Shown one piece after another: positions 1-8,969 of a stretch of 64,000 bases of DNA (the stretch's first letter is position 1; each line of letters starts with the position of its first letter). The stretch is from positions 672,001 through 736,000 of the forward strand of contig CAXXTF010000002.1 in assembly GCA_963665775.2 (NCBI GenBank), written 5' to 3'. The stretch is from Dehalococcoidia bacterium. Lineage in GTDB: Bacteria > Chloroflexota > Dehalococcoidia > SM23-28-2 > RBG-16-64-32. Both the position numbers and the translations under genes were made by a program. The notes below the pieces were generated by a model, which saw only the letters and a program-made list of their open reading frames with translations, was not told the DNA's origin and searched no databases.

Positions 1-17
1 GTCGGATAGCGCCGTCC

Positions 18-47
18 TTGACGGGCCTCTCGGCACCTTGCTAGCAT
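18..47 (+). promoter_or_regulatory. sigma70-type promoter of tRNA-Val
   Basis: TTGACG (18-23), 18-bp spacer, TGcTAGCAT extended -10 (42-47), about 10 nt before the tRNA. Confidence 0.6.
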
Positions 48-56
48 GACCCTGGC

Positions 57-133
57 GGGCGATTAGCTCAGTTGGTTAGAGCGCAGCGTTGACATCGCTG
101 AGGTCAGTGGTTCGAGCCCACTATCGCCCACCA
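57..133 (+). tRNA. tRNA-Val(GAC)
   Basis: Cloverleaf GGGCGAT...ATCGCCC-A-CCA, D-loop AGTTGGTTAGA, anticodon loop TTGACAT, T-loop GGTTCGA. Confidence 0.97.
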
Positions 134-158
134 GCGTGCCAAAACACGAGGGCTGCCG

Positions 159-205
159 GTGCCGCACTACGTTTACGTCCTGGAGAGTCTATCCAGCGGC
201 AGAGT
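159..205 (+). pseudogene. N-terminal fragment of a GIY-YIG (YhbQ-like) nuclease gene
   Basis: GTG start with GAGG upstream, translating MPHYVYVLESLSSGR, like the YVYIL.S...G N-terminus of small GIY-YIG proteins; similarity stops after about 15 codons. Confidence 0.45.
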
Positions 206-213
206 CATTGGGG

Positions 214-275
214 AAATGTGGGTGGAACCACGGCGCGCCCCCCGTCCCACAACAGGTCCGGGGGACGTGTCATTT
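214..275 (+). promoter_or_regulatory. T-box riboswitch antiterminator/terminator (3' part only), upstream of thrS
   Basis: GTGGG-TGGAACC-ACGG...CCGT-CCCAC antiterminator with a 7-nt UGGNACC bulge (218-250); alternative stem CGTCCC(243-248)/GGGACG(262-267). Confidence 0.8.
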
Positions 276-321
276 GGGGGAGAAGAAGATGGGACCGGAT
301 ACAAAGAGCGAGGGGCCGACA

Positions 322-534
322 ATGCGGCTGATGCGGCTGTGGCTCTGGGCCGCGCCCCTGGGGATGCTGGCGCTTGCCGTGCTGTTCGCCGTACTGGCCG
401 TAGACGAGGAGAATTGGGGCCTGCTGGCGGCGATGGTCGTCCTGGCGCTGGTGGCAGCGGCGCTCTTCGCGCTGCAGTGGCGACTGCTGCGGAGGCTGCG
501 CTCGTTGTACACGAAGGATCAGGCGAGGGGTTAA
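322..534 (+). CDS. small membrane protein with two TM helices
   Basis: ATG at 322 after GAGGGG; two hydrophobic helices; stop abuts the thrS start. Confidence 0.65.
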   Translation: MRLMRLWLWAAPLGMLALAVLFAVLAVDEENWGLLAAMVVLALVAAALFALQWRLLRRLRSLYTKDQARG

Positions 535-535
535 C

Positions 536-2281
536 ATGGCAACGCAACAAGAGCTGACCCAGGAGGAGCGGCTGGTGCGGCTGCGGCACTCCGCCGCCCA
601 TATCATGGCCGAGGCTGTGCTGGGGATCTTCCCGGAGGCGCAGTTAGGCATCGGGCCGCCCATCGATACGGGCTTCTACTACGACTTCGGCCTCCCTCGC
701 TCCCTCACCAGCGACGATCTGCCCGTCATCGAGGAGCAGATGCGGCAGCGGGTCGAGTCCGACATCCCCTTCGCCCACGACAACATATCGAAGGAGGAGG
801 CCCGCAAGCTGTTCGCGGATCAGCCGTACAAGCTGGAGCTCATCGACGGCATCCCAGACGAGACGGTGAGCCTGTACCGGCACGGAAAGTTCGTGGACCT
901 GTGCCAGGGGCCTCACGTGGAGCGCACCGGGCAGGTGCGCGCCTTCAAGCTGATGAACGTGGCCGGGGCCTACTGGCGCGGGAACGAGCGCAAGCCGATG
1001 CTCCAGCGGGTCTACGGGGCGCTGTACGAGACGGAAGAGGAGTTGCAGGCCCACCTGGAAGGGATCGAGGAGGCGCTCCGGCGGGATCACCGGCGGCTGG
1101 GCCGGGAGCTGGACCTCTTCTCGTTTCACGAGGAGTACGGCCCCGGGCTCGTCTACTGGCACCCTAAGGGCGGCCGCGTGCGTACCGCCATCGAGGACTT
1201 CTGGCGACAGGAGCACTACCGAGCGGGATACGATCTCGTATACTCTCCGCACATCGGCAAGTCGACGCTGTGGGAGACCAGCGGCCACCTGGATTTCTAC
1301 GCCGAGAATATGTACTCGCCCATGGATGTGGACGGACAGGACTACTACCTTAAGCCCATGAACTGTCCCTTCCACATCCAGATGTACAAGAGCGCGCTCC
1401 GGAGCTACCGAGAGTTGCCCATCCGGCTGGCCGAGCTAGGAACGGTGTACCGGTACGAGCGGTCCGGGGTGCTGCACGGGCTCATGCGGGTGCGCGGCTT
1501 TACCCAGGACGATGCCCACATCTTCTGCCGGCCGGACCAGGTGAAGGCGGAGATAGAGCGCTGCGTGGACTTCATGCTGCTATTCTTCCGCGCCTTCGGC
1601 TTCACCGATTTTCACGTCTACCTATCTACCAGAGACGAAGGCGGCAAGTTCGCCGGCTCCCTCGAGGAGTGGGAGATGGCGACGAACGTGCTGCGGCAGG
1701 TCATCCAGGAGCGAGCGCTTCCCCATGACATCGACGAGGGCGGCGCCGTCTTCTATGGCCCCAAGATCGACGTCAAGCTGCTCGACAGCCTGGGGCGAGA
1801 GTGGCAGTGCTCGACGATACAGTTCGACTTCAACCTGCCGGAGCGGTTCGACGTGACGTACGTCGGGGAGGATGGGCACGAGCGCCGGCCCTATATGGTA
1901 CACCGAGCGCTTCTCGGCTCCATGGAGCGCTTCTTCGGCGTCCTCATCGAGCACTACGCGGGAGCGTTTCCCCTTTGGCTGGCGCCGGTGCAGGCCACGC
2001 TCATCCCCATCGCCGACCGTCACATCGAGTACGCCCGTAACGTTGCCGGCGACCTACGAGCGGCCGGTCTCCGTGCGCATGTGGACGAGCGGGGCGAGCG
2101 GATGCAGGCGAAGATCCGAGACGCCCAGTTGCAGAAAGTGCCGTACATGCTGGTGGTGGGAGACCGCGAGGCGGAGGCCGGGGCCGTGGCCGTGCGCCTG
2201 CGCAACGGCGAGGACCTGAAGGCTCGACCCCTACCAGAGGTCATCGAACGAATGCAGGCCGAGGTGGCCAGCAAGCAATAA
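536..2281 (+). CDS. thrS: threonine--tRNA ligase (short form without TGS domain)
   Basis: RHSAAH, DLCQGPH, RDHRRLG, KPMNCP, RVRGFTQDDAH, FYGPKID motifs. Confidence 0.98.
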   Translation: MATQQELTQEERLVRLRHSAAHIMAEAVLGIFPEAQLGIGPPIDTGFYYDFGLPRSLTSDDLPVIEEQMRQRVESDIPFAHDNISKEEARKLFADQPYKLELIDGIPDETVSLYRHGKFVDLCQGPHVERTGQVRAFKLMNVAGAYWRGNERKPMLQRVYGALYETEEELQAHLEGIEEALRRDHRRLGRELDLFSFHEEYGPGLVYWHPKGGRVRTAIEDFWRQEHYRAGYDLVYSPHIGKSTLWETSGHLDFYAENMYSPMDVDGQDYYLKPMNCPFHIQMYKSALRSYRELPIRLAELGTVYRYERSGVLHGLMRVRGFTQDDAHIFCRPDQVKAEIERCVDFMLLFFRAFGFTDFHVYLSTRDEGGKFAGSLEEWEMATNVLRQVIQERALPHDIDEGGAVFYGPKIDVKLLDSLGREWQCSTIQFDFNLPERFDVTYVGEDGHERRPYMVHRALLGSMERFFGVLIEHYAGAFPLWLAPVQATLIPIADRHIEYARNVAGDLRAAGLRAHVDERGERMQAKIRDAQLQKVPYMLVVGDREAEAGAVAVRLRNGEDLKARPLPEVIERMQAEVASKQ

Positions 2282-2401
2282 ACCGTCCAAGCGGCTGCCC
2301 GGAGCGGTCGCTTGCCGGCCCAGAAGAGGTATGATACAAGGGACGCGGAATTGGGGGATCAGCCTCCATCTCGGATAGAAACTGCGTAAGTCGGCACATC
2401 G

Positions 2402-3937
2402 ATGTTCAAGAAGCTCCTCATAGCCAATCGCGGCGAGATCGCCCTCCGCATCGTTCGTGCCTGTCGTGAGATGGACATCACCGCCGTCGCCGTCTACTCG
2501 GAGGCGGATTGCAACTCGCTCCACGTGCGCCACGCCGACGAGGCGTATCTCATAGGGCCCGCCCCGGCCCAAGAGAGCTACCTGAACGCGGCGAATATCC
2601 TTGGCGTCGTCCGGAAAGCGGGCATAGACGCCGTCCACCCGGGATACGGCTTCCTGGCCGAAAATGCGGACTTCGCGGAAGCCTGTCAGAACGCCGGCGT
2701 AACCTGGGTGGGACCGACTCCCCAGTCGATAAGGCTGATGGGAGACAAGGTGCGGGCCCGGAAGGTGATGCAGGAAGCCGGTCTGCCGGTGGTACCGGGA
2801 ACGGACGAACTGACGTCGCAGTCCAGGGCAGAGGCCGAGGCCACCGGAATCGGCTACCCGATCCTCATCAAGGCAACGGCCGGGGGTGGCGGCAAAGGCA
2901 TCCGGACCGTGTACCGACCGGAAGAGTTGCCCATGGCGCTGGAGGCAGCGAGACAGGAAGCGGCCTCCGCCTTCGGACACGGGGCGGTGTACATGGAGAA
3001 GTTCCTGGAGCCGGTACGTCACGTCGAGGTGCAGATCATCAGCGACGGTCACGGCAACGTCGTCTCCCTGGGCGAGCGGGAATGCTCCATCCAGCGGCGG
3101 CACCAGAAGATGATCGAAGAGGCGCCCTCCACGGCCGTCGGCCCGCGACTACGCCAGCGGCTCAGGGAGATGACGATAGGGGCAGCCAGGGCCGTGGACT
3201 ACACGAACGTCGGAACCATCGAATTCCTTATCGATCAGCAAGGAAGCGTTAACTTCCTGGAGATGAACACCCGCCTCCAGGTGGAGCACCCTGTGACCGA
3301 GATGGTGACGGGCGTGGACCTGGTAGCCGACCAGATCCGGGTGGCCGCCGGCGAGACCCTGCCATACAAGCAGTCTGATATCCGAGTGAGGGGTTGGGCC
3401 ATCGAGTGCCGGATAGCGGCTGAGGACCCGTTCAACCACTTCCTCCCCTCGGTTGGTTCGGTAAGCTTCGTCTCGGTGCCGGGCGGGCCCGGCGTGCGGG
3501 TCGATTCAGCCCTATACGATGGCCTGGCGATCTCCTACGACTACGACCCGTTGATCGCCAAACTCTGCACCTGGGGCCGCGACCGGCAGGAGGCGATTCA
3601 CCGCATGCGGCGGGCCTTGCGGGAGTTTAAGATCGTTGGTGTGAGCACCAACATCCCGTTCCACCTACAGGTAATGCAGAACGCACACTTCCTGACCGGC
3701 AAGGTGGACACCGGCTTCGTGGAGAAGCACTTTCAGCCGCGCCAGGATAATGGCCTGGGCGAGGAGAGAGTGGCGCTACTGGCGGCGGCCCTACTAACCC
3801 ATCGGCACGGATGCTCAAGCCAGACAACCCCCGCGCAGAGACCTCCGATAAGCGGCTGGCGCCTGCGCGGGCGCCAGGACAGCACAAGACACGGTCGCTG
3901 GGCCGCGGGCAAGGTGGCATGGCGGAACGGTACCTAG
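2402..3937 (+). CDS. accC: biotin carboxylase (acetyl/propionyl-CoA carboxylase subunit)
   Basis: KLLIANRGEIA, HPGYGFLAEN, GGGGKG, ERECSIQRRHQK, EMNTRLQVEH. Confidence 0.95.
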   Translation: MFKKLLIANRGEIALRIVRACREMDITAVAVYSEADCNSLHVRHADEAYLIGPAPAQESYLNAANILGVVRKAGIDAVHPGYGFLAENADFAEACQNAGVTWVGPTPQSIRLMGDKVRARKVMQEAGLPVVPGTDELTSQSRAEAEATGIGYPILIKATAGGGGKGIRTVYRPEELPMALEAARQEAASAFGHGAVYMEKFLEPVRHVEVQIISDGHGNVVSLGERECSIQRRHQKMIEEAPSTAVGPRLRQRLREMTIGAARAVDYTNVGTIEFLIDQQGSVNFLEMNTRLQVEHPVTEMVTGVDLVADQIRVAAGETLPYKQSDIRVRGWAIECRIAAEDPFNHFLPSVGSVSFVSVPGGPGVRVDSALYDGLAISYDYDPLIAKLCTWGRDRQEAIHRMRRALREFKIVGVSTNIPFHLQVMQNAHFLTGKVDTGFVEKHFQPRQDNGLGEERVALLAAALLTHRHGCSSQTTPAQRPPISGWRLRGRQDSTRHGRWAAGKVAWRNGT

Positions 3938-4470
3938 TCCGGCTGGGCGACCAGCTCAAAGAGCTTGAGGTCGAGGATACTGCTGCCGGCCTCCGGATCA
4001 AGGTAGACGGCGAGTGGCATACCGCGCGGCTGGAGCAGGTGGGGCAAAGCTCCCTCTACGCCCTCATCGTGGACGACCACCCCTACGAGTTGTTCGCCGA
4101 GGAGAGGGCCGAGGGGTACGACATCGTCATCGGCTGGGACCGCTATCAGGTTGCTGTAGGCGCCCAAGGACGGCAACCGCGATCGCTCCCGACACCGCCC
4201 GGCCAGGCGGTAACAGAGCGGGAAGAGGCGGGCGGCTGGGTCGTCCTCTCACCGATGACGGGGGTCGTATTCGAGATGTATGTGCAGTCCGGGGACGAGG
4301 TGACCGAGGGTGACGTGCTCATGGCGCTCGAGGCGATGAAGATGAACAACGAATTGCGGGCCCAGCGATCGGGGATCGTCGGCGAGGTGTACGTGGAGAA
4401 GGGGCAGAGGGTAGAGCAAGGATCGTCGCTGCTGCTCCTTAGTAGCGTCCAAGAGCCGTCAGAGACGTAG
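3919..4470 (+). CDS. accB: biotin carboxyl carrier protein
   Basis: EAMKMNNE biotinylation motif; start ATG 3919 overlaps the accC end. Confidence 0.9.
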   Translation: MAERYLVRLGDQLKELEVEDTAAGLRIKVDGEWHTARLEQVGQSSLYALIVDDHPYELFAEERAEGYDIVIGWDRYQVAVGAQGRQPRSLPTPPGQAVTEREEAGGWVVLSPMTGVVFEMYVQSGDEVTEGDVLMALEAMKMNNELRAQRSGIVGEVYVEKGQRVEQGSSLLLLSSVQEPSET

Positions 4471-4627
4471 CGACCGCAGCCGTTCAACTTCTCTATCCAG
4501 GAGTTGGAGCCGACGCCCAACGTGACGCGCCCAAGATCCGGAACGAGATGGTTGAACGGCGTGTAACGGCCCTAAGACTTCCTGTATCTACATGGTAGGC
4601 TGAGCAACCTGGAAAGGTATGAAGTAA

Positions 4628-5410
4628 TTGCGACCTGCCATCTACTTAGGCGCCCTGTTCGCGGGCCTGGCGATCCTCGCAGCGTGCGCCGGCGGCGGCG
4701 GGCGGGGCAGCCCAAACCAACCGAGTGCCGCCACCGGCGTCACAGCCTCCTGCCAGCCGATTGGGGAGATACAGAGCTACCGCTACACCATCTCCTTACA
4801 GTTGGAATCACCCGCCTTTCAGACGTCGAACGGAGACTCGTCCGACGAACCGCTCAGCGCCTTCGCCGATGCCTTAACGGCCCTCTTCGGCGACATGCAG
4901 CTAGAGGGCGCGTATGTCGCCCCCGATCGCTCCCAAACCATCCTGCGGTTCCAGAACGAGGAGGTGGAGCTCCGAGTCATCGGTGGTCAGAGCTGGATAC
5001 GGGTAGGAGCGACCTGGCAAGTTCAGGACGCATCGTCCGAAGACAACACCCTGCTGACCCCCCAATCGGTCTGTGAGGAGATCGTCGAGGAGCTGTTCCC
5101 GTCCCTCCCCGAGGTGGACTCTCAGCCCGAGAGTGTGAACGGGGTGGAAACAGATTATTATCGACTGGATGAGGCAGAGCTGGAAACGCTGCCGGAATTA
5201 GTAGGCGCCACTTCGGCCCTTCCTGAGAACTTCGTTGCGGACCTTTGGCTGACCCGCGAGGGAGGCTGGCCGATGCGGCTACGAATCACCGCTTCAGACA
5301 CCAACGAGGCGGGCCAGCCATTCGGGCTGGAGCTGTTCATGGAGTTCCGCGACATCAACGACCCCAATATCGAGATCGAGCCTCCCCAGATATCGCCGCT
5401 CGGGACGTAG
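4628..5410 (+). CDS. lipoprotein, LppX/LprAFG/LolA-like fold
   Basis: Lipobox LAAC; E.VNGVET..Y, LWL...G.P.R and F.DIN.P.I.IEPP motifs. Confidence 0.75.
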   Translation: MRPAIYLGALFAGLAILAACAGGGGRGSPNQPSAATGVTASCQPIGEIQSYRYTISLQLESPAFQTSNGDSSDEPLSAFADALTALFGDMQLEGAYVAPDRSQTILRFQNEEVELRVIGGQSWIRVGATWQVQDASSEDNTLLTPQSVCEEIVEELFPSLPEVDSQPESVNGVETDYYRLDEAELETLPELVGATSALPENFVADLWLTREGGWPMRLRITASDTNEAGQPFGLELFMEFRDINDPNIEIEPPQISPLGT

Positions 5411-5419
5411 CGCCCAGGG

Positions 5420-5635
5420 CTACAGCAGCTTGCGGATGGCCTTACGGCCGGGGCGGGAGTCGTAGTTAGACTTGAACATCTCCAGCTTGTCTCGCTCGAT
5501 GAGGTACTTGCCGGCGAACAGGATAGCCGGCACCTTCTTCTGCTTGATGAGGCGGCGGAGGCTCTGAGGGTGAATGGCCAGGATGCGGGCCGCCTCCACC
5601 AAGTCCAGGTAGTTATCGAACGGTTCCGTCGTCAT
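5420..5635 (-). CDS. small helix-turn-helix DNA-binding protein (excisionase/HTH_17-like)
   Basis: YLDLVEAARILAIHPQSLRRLIKQKKVPA...GKYLI pattern; GGAG RBS. Confidence 0.85.
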   Translation of the reverse strand: MTTEPFDNYLDLVEAARILAIHPQSLRRLIKQKKVPAILFAGKYLIERDKLEMFKSNYDSRPGRKAIRKLL

Positions 5636-5763
5636 GGAGAAGCTCCAGGTAACATGCTAACACACATGAATAATACTAGCACGGGCTGTCAAGCGCAGAC
5701 TGGCCCCACCCCACAGGCCGGTTGAGATTCGGTGAACACTCCCAGATCGCGACGTTACCCGTA

Positions 5764-5792
5764 TTGACAGACATCTCTCACCCTCCTAACAT
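5764..5792 (+). promoter_or_regulatory. sigma70-type promoter for the protease gene
   Basis: TTGACA-17 bp-TAACAT. Confidence 0.55.
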
Positions 5793-5867
5793 GAACTAAC
5801 GCCCGGGTCCTGCGCAGACCTGTGATGCGGGTATGTTTTTGGGGAACGGTTGGGGGGAGGACTCGCG

Positions 5868-7360
5868 ATGATACAGCGGTTGCCGCTTATATCGGTTTTG
5901 GGCCTGGGGCGGCACTGGTCGCCCTGGCTCTCGTCTTCTCTGGCGGCGCTGGCGCCGCGGGGCCGCCTGACGGGAACGGGCTCGACCACGCGATTGCAAT
6001 CCAGGAGGCCCATACCGATCGTCTGATGGCTATGTCTGGCGTCGTCGGTACGGGCGTGGGCGTGGGAGCGGACGGGCAGCCAGTGATTCGCGTCTACGTC
6101 CTCTCCGGTGCCGTCACCGGCCTTCCTCCAGCGCTAGATGGCGTCGCGCTCGAGCCCGTAGTGACCGGCTTGATCGTCGCTCGCGCCTGCCAAGACACGG
6201 GCGATCCTACGGAGAGGTGTGACCGGCCGGTCCCCATCGGCGTTTCCACCGGCCACCCCAAAATCACTGCCGGCACGATCGCCGCGCGTGTCACGGACGG
6301 CACCAACGTGTTCGCCCTGAGCAACAACCACGTCTACGCCGACACGAACGACGCGAATATCGGCGATCAGGCCCTCCAGCCCGGCCCCGCCGATGGGGGC
6401 AGGAAGGGGCGGGACAAGGTCGGCGATCTGTTCGCTTTCGAAATAATCGTGTTTGACTTTCTCGACTGCACGGATAACGACGTCAACACGGTTTGTGACA
6501 TCAACACCATCGACGCCGCAATCGCAATCTCCTCGACGGACCAACTCGGCAACGCGACGCTGCCCGCCGGCTACGGGACCCCGAATTCCGCCACGGTCGG
6601 GGCAGTCGTCAACATGGCAGTCCAGAAATGCGGCAGAACGACCGACTGCACTCAGGGCACGGTTTTGGCGACCAACGTCACCCTGGATATTTGCTACAAG
6701 CCGGTAGGGCCGTTCTGCTTTACTGATGGCATCGCCAGGTTCGTTGACCAGATCGAAGTTGGGGACGGCAATTTCAGCGCCCCGGGCGACTCCGGCTCCC
6801 TGATCGTGACTAACGACGCGAACAACAATCCAGTTGCGCTACTGTTCGCGGGTGGTGCTAATTCTACGTTTGCCAACCCGATCGACCCGGTGCTGGCGGC
6901 CTTCAGCGTGACCATCGACGATGGCACACCTGCGCCTACGCCCGCACCTACTACACCTGCACCTACGCCCGCACCCAGCCCGGCGCCCTCCTCCGACATG
7001 CACGTGGGCGACCTGGACAGTGAGTCATTCAAGCTGGCTCAGGGCAAGTGGAGAGCGGAGGTCACCATCGAGGTGCACGACGGCAGCCACAGCCTGGTGA
7101 CGGGCTTCACCGTTACGGGGACGTTCACACAGAACGGGGACACGATAGCCGTTACCTGCACCGACGGGGATGCCAATGATGACCTCGACGGCGCCTTAAA
7201 TGGGCAGTGCAGAGTGGACTCCGGGCAGTTCCCCAACAACAGCGGTAACGCCACCTTCACCGTGGACAGCGTGACGGATGTGACTCTCACGTATCAATTG
7301 GCCGATAACCACGACCCTGACGGTGAGAGCGACGGCACCACCATCCAGCTGAGCAAGTAG
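5868..7360 (+). CDS. secreted trypsin-like serine protease with Pro/Thr linker and C-terminal beta domain; apparent 1-bp frameshift in the signal peptide
   Basis: Catalytic triad motifs SNNHV, IDAA, GDSGS; GGAGG-7nt-ATG at 5868 is out of frame by one G at GGGG 5906-5909. Confidence 0.8.
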
Positions 7361-7384
7361 CGCTGTCGTTTTTCCACGCTTCTT

Positions 7385-7417
7385 TGGGGGGCGGGCCAGC
7401 ACTCGCCCGCCCTCCTT
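7385..7417. terminator. GC-rich hairpin after the protease gene
   Basis: GGGGGCGGGC...GCCCGCCCTCC inverted repeat. Confidence 0.5.
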
Positions 7418-7491
7418 CATTGCCACGGGAAAACCAATAATCTGCTTGCTAAACTCGAACGCCTCGCGTATATTGGGAACTGAGCTAACGC

Positions 7492-7974
7492 ATGGCCTAT
7501 AAGATCCTCGACACCTGCATCGGCTGCACCGCCTGCGTCAAGCGCTGCCCCACGGACGCCATCTCAGGCACCCGTAACGCCATCCACATCATCGATCCCG
7601 AGCTCTGCATCGACTGCGGCGCTTGTGGTGTCGTCTGTCCCCCGGAGTGCATTGCCGATGAACAGGGCGACCTCACCAAGGGCTTTCCCCGCCGCGAATG
7701 GCCCAAGGCCATCGTCCTTGAGGAGAACTGCATCGGTGCCGGCTGCGAGCTCTGCATCAACATCTGCCCCTTCGACGCCCTGCTACTCGACCTCTCCGGC
7801 GAGCATGTCGGCGACTTCTACGGCGTCGCCAAGCTCATCGAGCGGCGCTGCACCGGCTGCCGCCTCTGTGAGGAGGCCTGCGGCTGGGACGCCATCTACA
7901 TCGATCCGCCCAGGGATATCCTCAAGAAACACATCTACGATCCCAGCGAGCTCGCTGAAACCGCCGCCGGCTAA
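7492..7974 (+). CDS. polyferredoxin, four [4Fe-4S] motifs
   Basis: CIGCTACVKRCP, CIDCGACGVVCP, CIGAGCELCINICP, CTGCRLCEEAC. Confidence 0.92.
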   Translation: MAYKILDTCIGCTACVKRCPTDAISGTRNAIHIIDPELCIDCGACGVVCPPECIADEQGDLTKGFPRREWPKAIVLEENCIGAGCELCINICPFDALLLDLSGEHVGDFYGVAKLIERRCTGCRLCEEACGWDAIYIDPPRDILKKHIYDPSELAETAAG

Positions 7975-8029
7975 GACCCCCAGCCACCGCTCACCCCCAA
8001 ACCAACAAGCCAACAAGCCAGAGAAGCCC

Positions 8030-8097
8030 CGTCATTCTGAGCGAAGCGAGGAATCTCCAGGCGCCGTGTTAGACCCTTCCCTGCTTTCAGGGTGACA
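8030..8097. repeat. REP-like palindromic doublet (CGTC-tagged)
   Basis: CGTCATTCTGAGCGAAGCGAGGAATCT and inverted mate AGACCCTTCCCTGCTTTCAGGGTGAC. Confidence 0.7.
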
Positions 8098-8165
8098 GTA
8101 AAGGGGCCCTGGTTCAGATTCCTGGTTTGCCGGTTTGGCCGTTTGCTATACTACACCTGTCGGGC

Positions 8166-8258
8166 GGAGGGATCGCATAGTGGCCGAGTGCGCCCGCCTG
8201 CTAAGCGGGTAGGGGGTGATAAGCCCCCTCGTGGGTTCGAATCCCACTCCCTCCGCCA
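8166..8258 (+). tRNA. tRNA-Ser(GCT)
   Basis: GGAGGGA...TCCCTCC-G-CCA, anticodon loop CTGCTAA, long variable arm. Confidence 0.97.
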
Positions 8259-8322
8259 GCCTTTGGGCAGATGAATGCCGCAGCCAGCTCGCGGCAACTC
8301 GCAAGTGGAGGCCACGTCTGGT

Positions 8323-8899
8323 ATGGGCACCGATAGATTCCAGGTATACAAAGGACCGTGCGAATGTGGAAACGGGGAATACCTAGCGAACCACTGCACT
8401 CCAGACCACCCATACCCCACGAACTCACAGTGGTGGGAGTGCGAGATTACCTGCCCAAGGTGCGCGCAGATCTACAAGTTGGAAGTGCGGGGCAGACAGC
8501 TTACCGAAATTCTGATATCGGACGTCCAGGAGCGCGAAGGCCTCCAAGAGCAGTGGTACCAAGCCGAGAAGGGAGTGCATGGAGCGGTCGCAGCACTACC
8601 TGAACAAGTTTGCGGCGACGCTCCGAGAGCAGTCTTCTGTGGCGGCTATTTACCGGTACCTAAAAGCCACCGGCATCTTCCCTCTTCTCCTCACCACCGA
8701 GCAGACATTTCGCAGGCACTGGCAGGGGGCTGGGAACGCCGATAGGTGGGTTAATCTCAATGTCCGCGTAGAGCAAATCCCGTCCATCATAAGATTTCTG
8801 GGACACGAAGACCGAGCTATTGAAGCAGAAGTCCAAGCGGTTGAAAATCTGTACAGGATGCTGACACCGCCGTCAGGCAAGGCGATCGCGCGGATTTGA
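8323..8899 (+). pseudogene. hypothetical Cys-rich (CxC...CxxC) protein split by an apparent frameshift
   Basis: Two overlapping protein-like ORFs join into 191 aa if one G of GGG 8571-8573 is removed; visibly lower GC than the flanks. Confidence 0.55.
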
Positions 8900-8969
8900 G
8901 CCCACGAGTCTCACAATCTCCGTTATCCCAAACATCAAACGCTCGCAGGCGCGCGACAGATAGCCCGCC

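Noticed and set aside
57-133. Similarity between tRNA-Val (57-133) and tRNA-Ile (57435-57511) as att-like direct repeats
   Set aside because: Both are complete tRNAs with different anticodons and only core genes between them; normal tRNA similarity.
536-2281. ThrS lacking the N-terminal TGS domain as a truncation
   Set aside because: Short ThrS forms of this size are widespread, and the editing and catalytic motifs are intact.
6925-6990. 27-bp tandem repeat in the protease gene
   Set aside because: Ordinary Pro/Thr/Ala linker coding.
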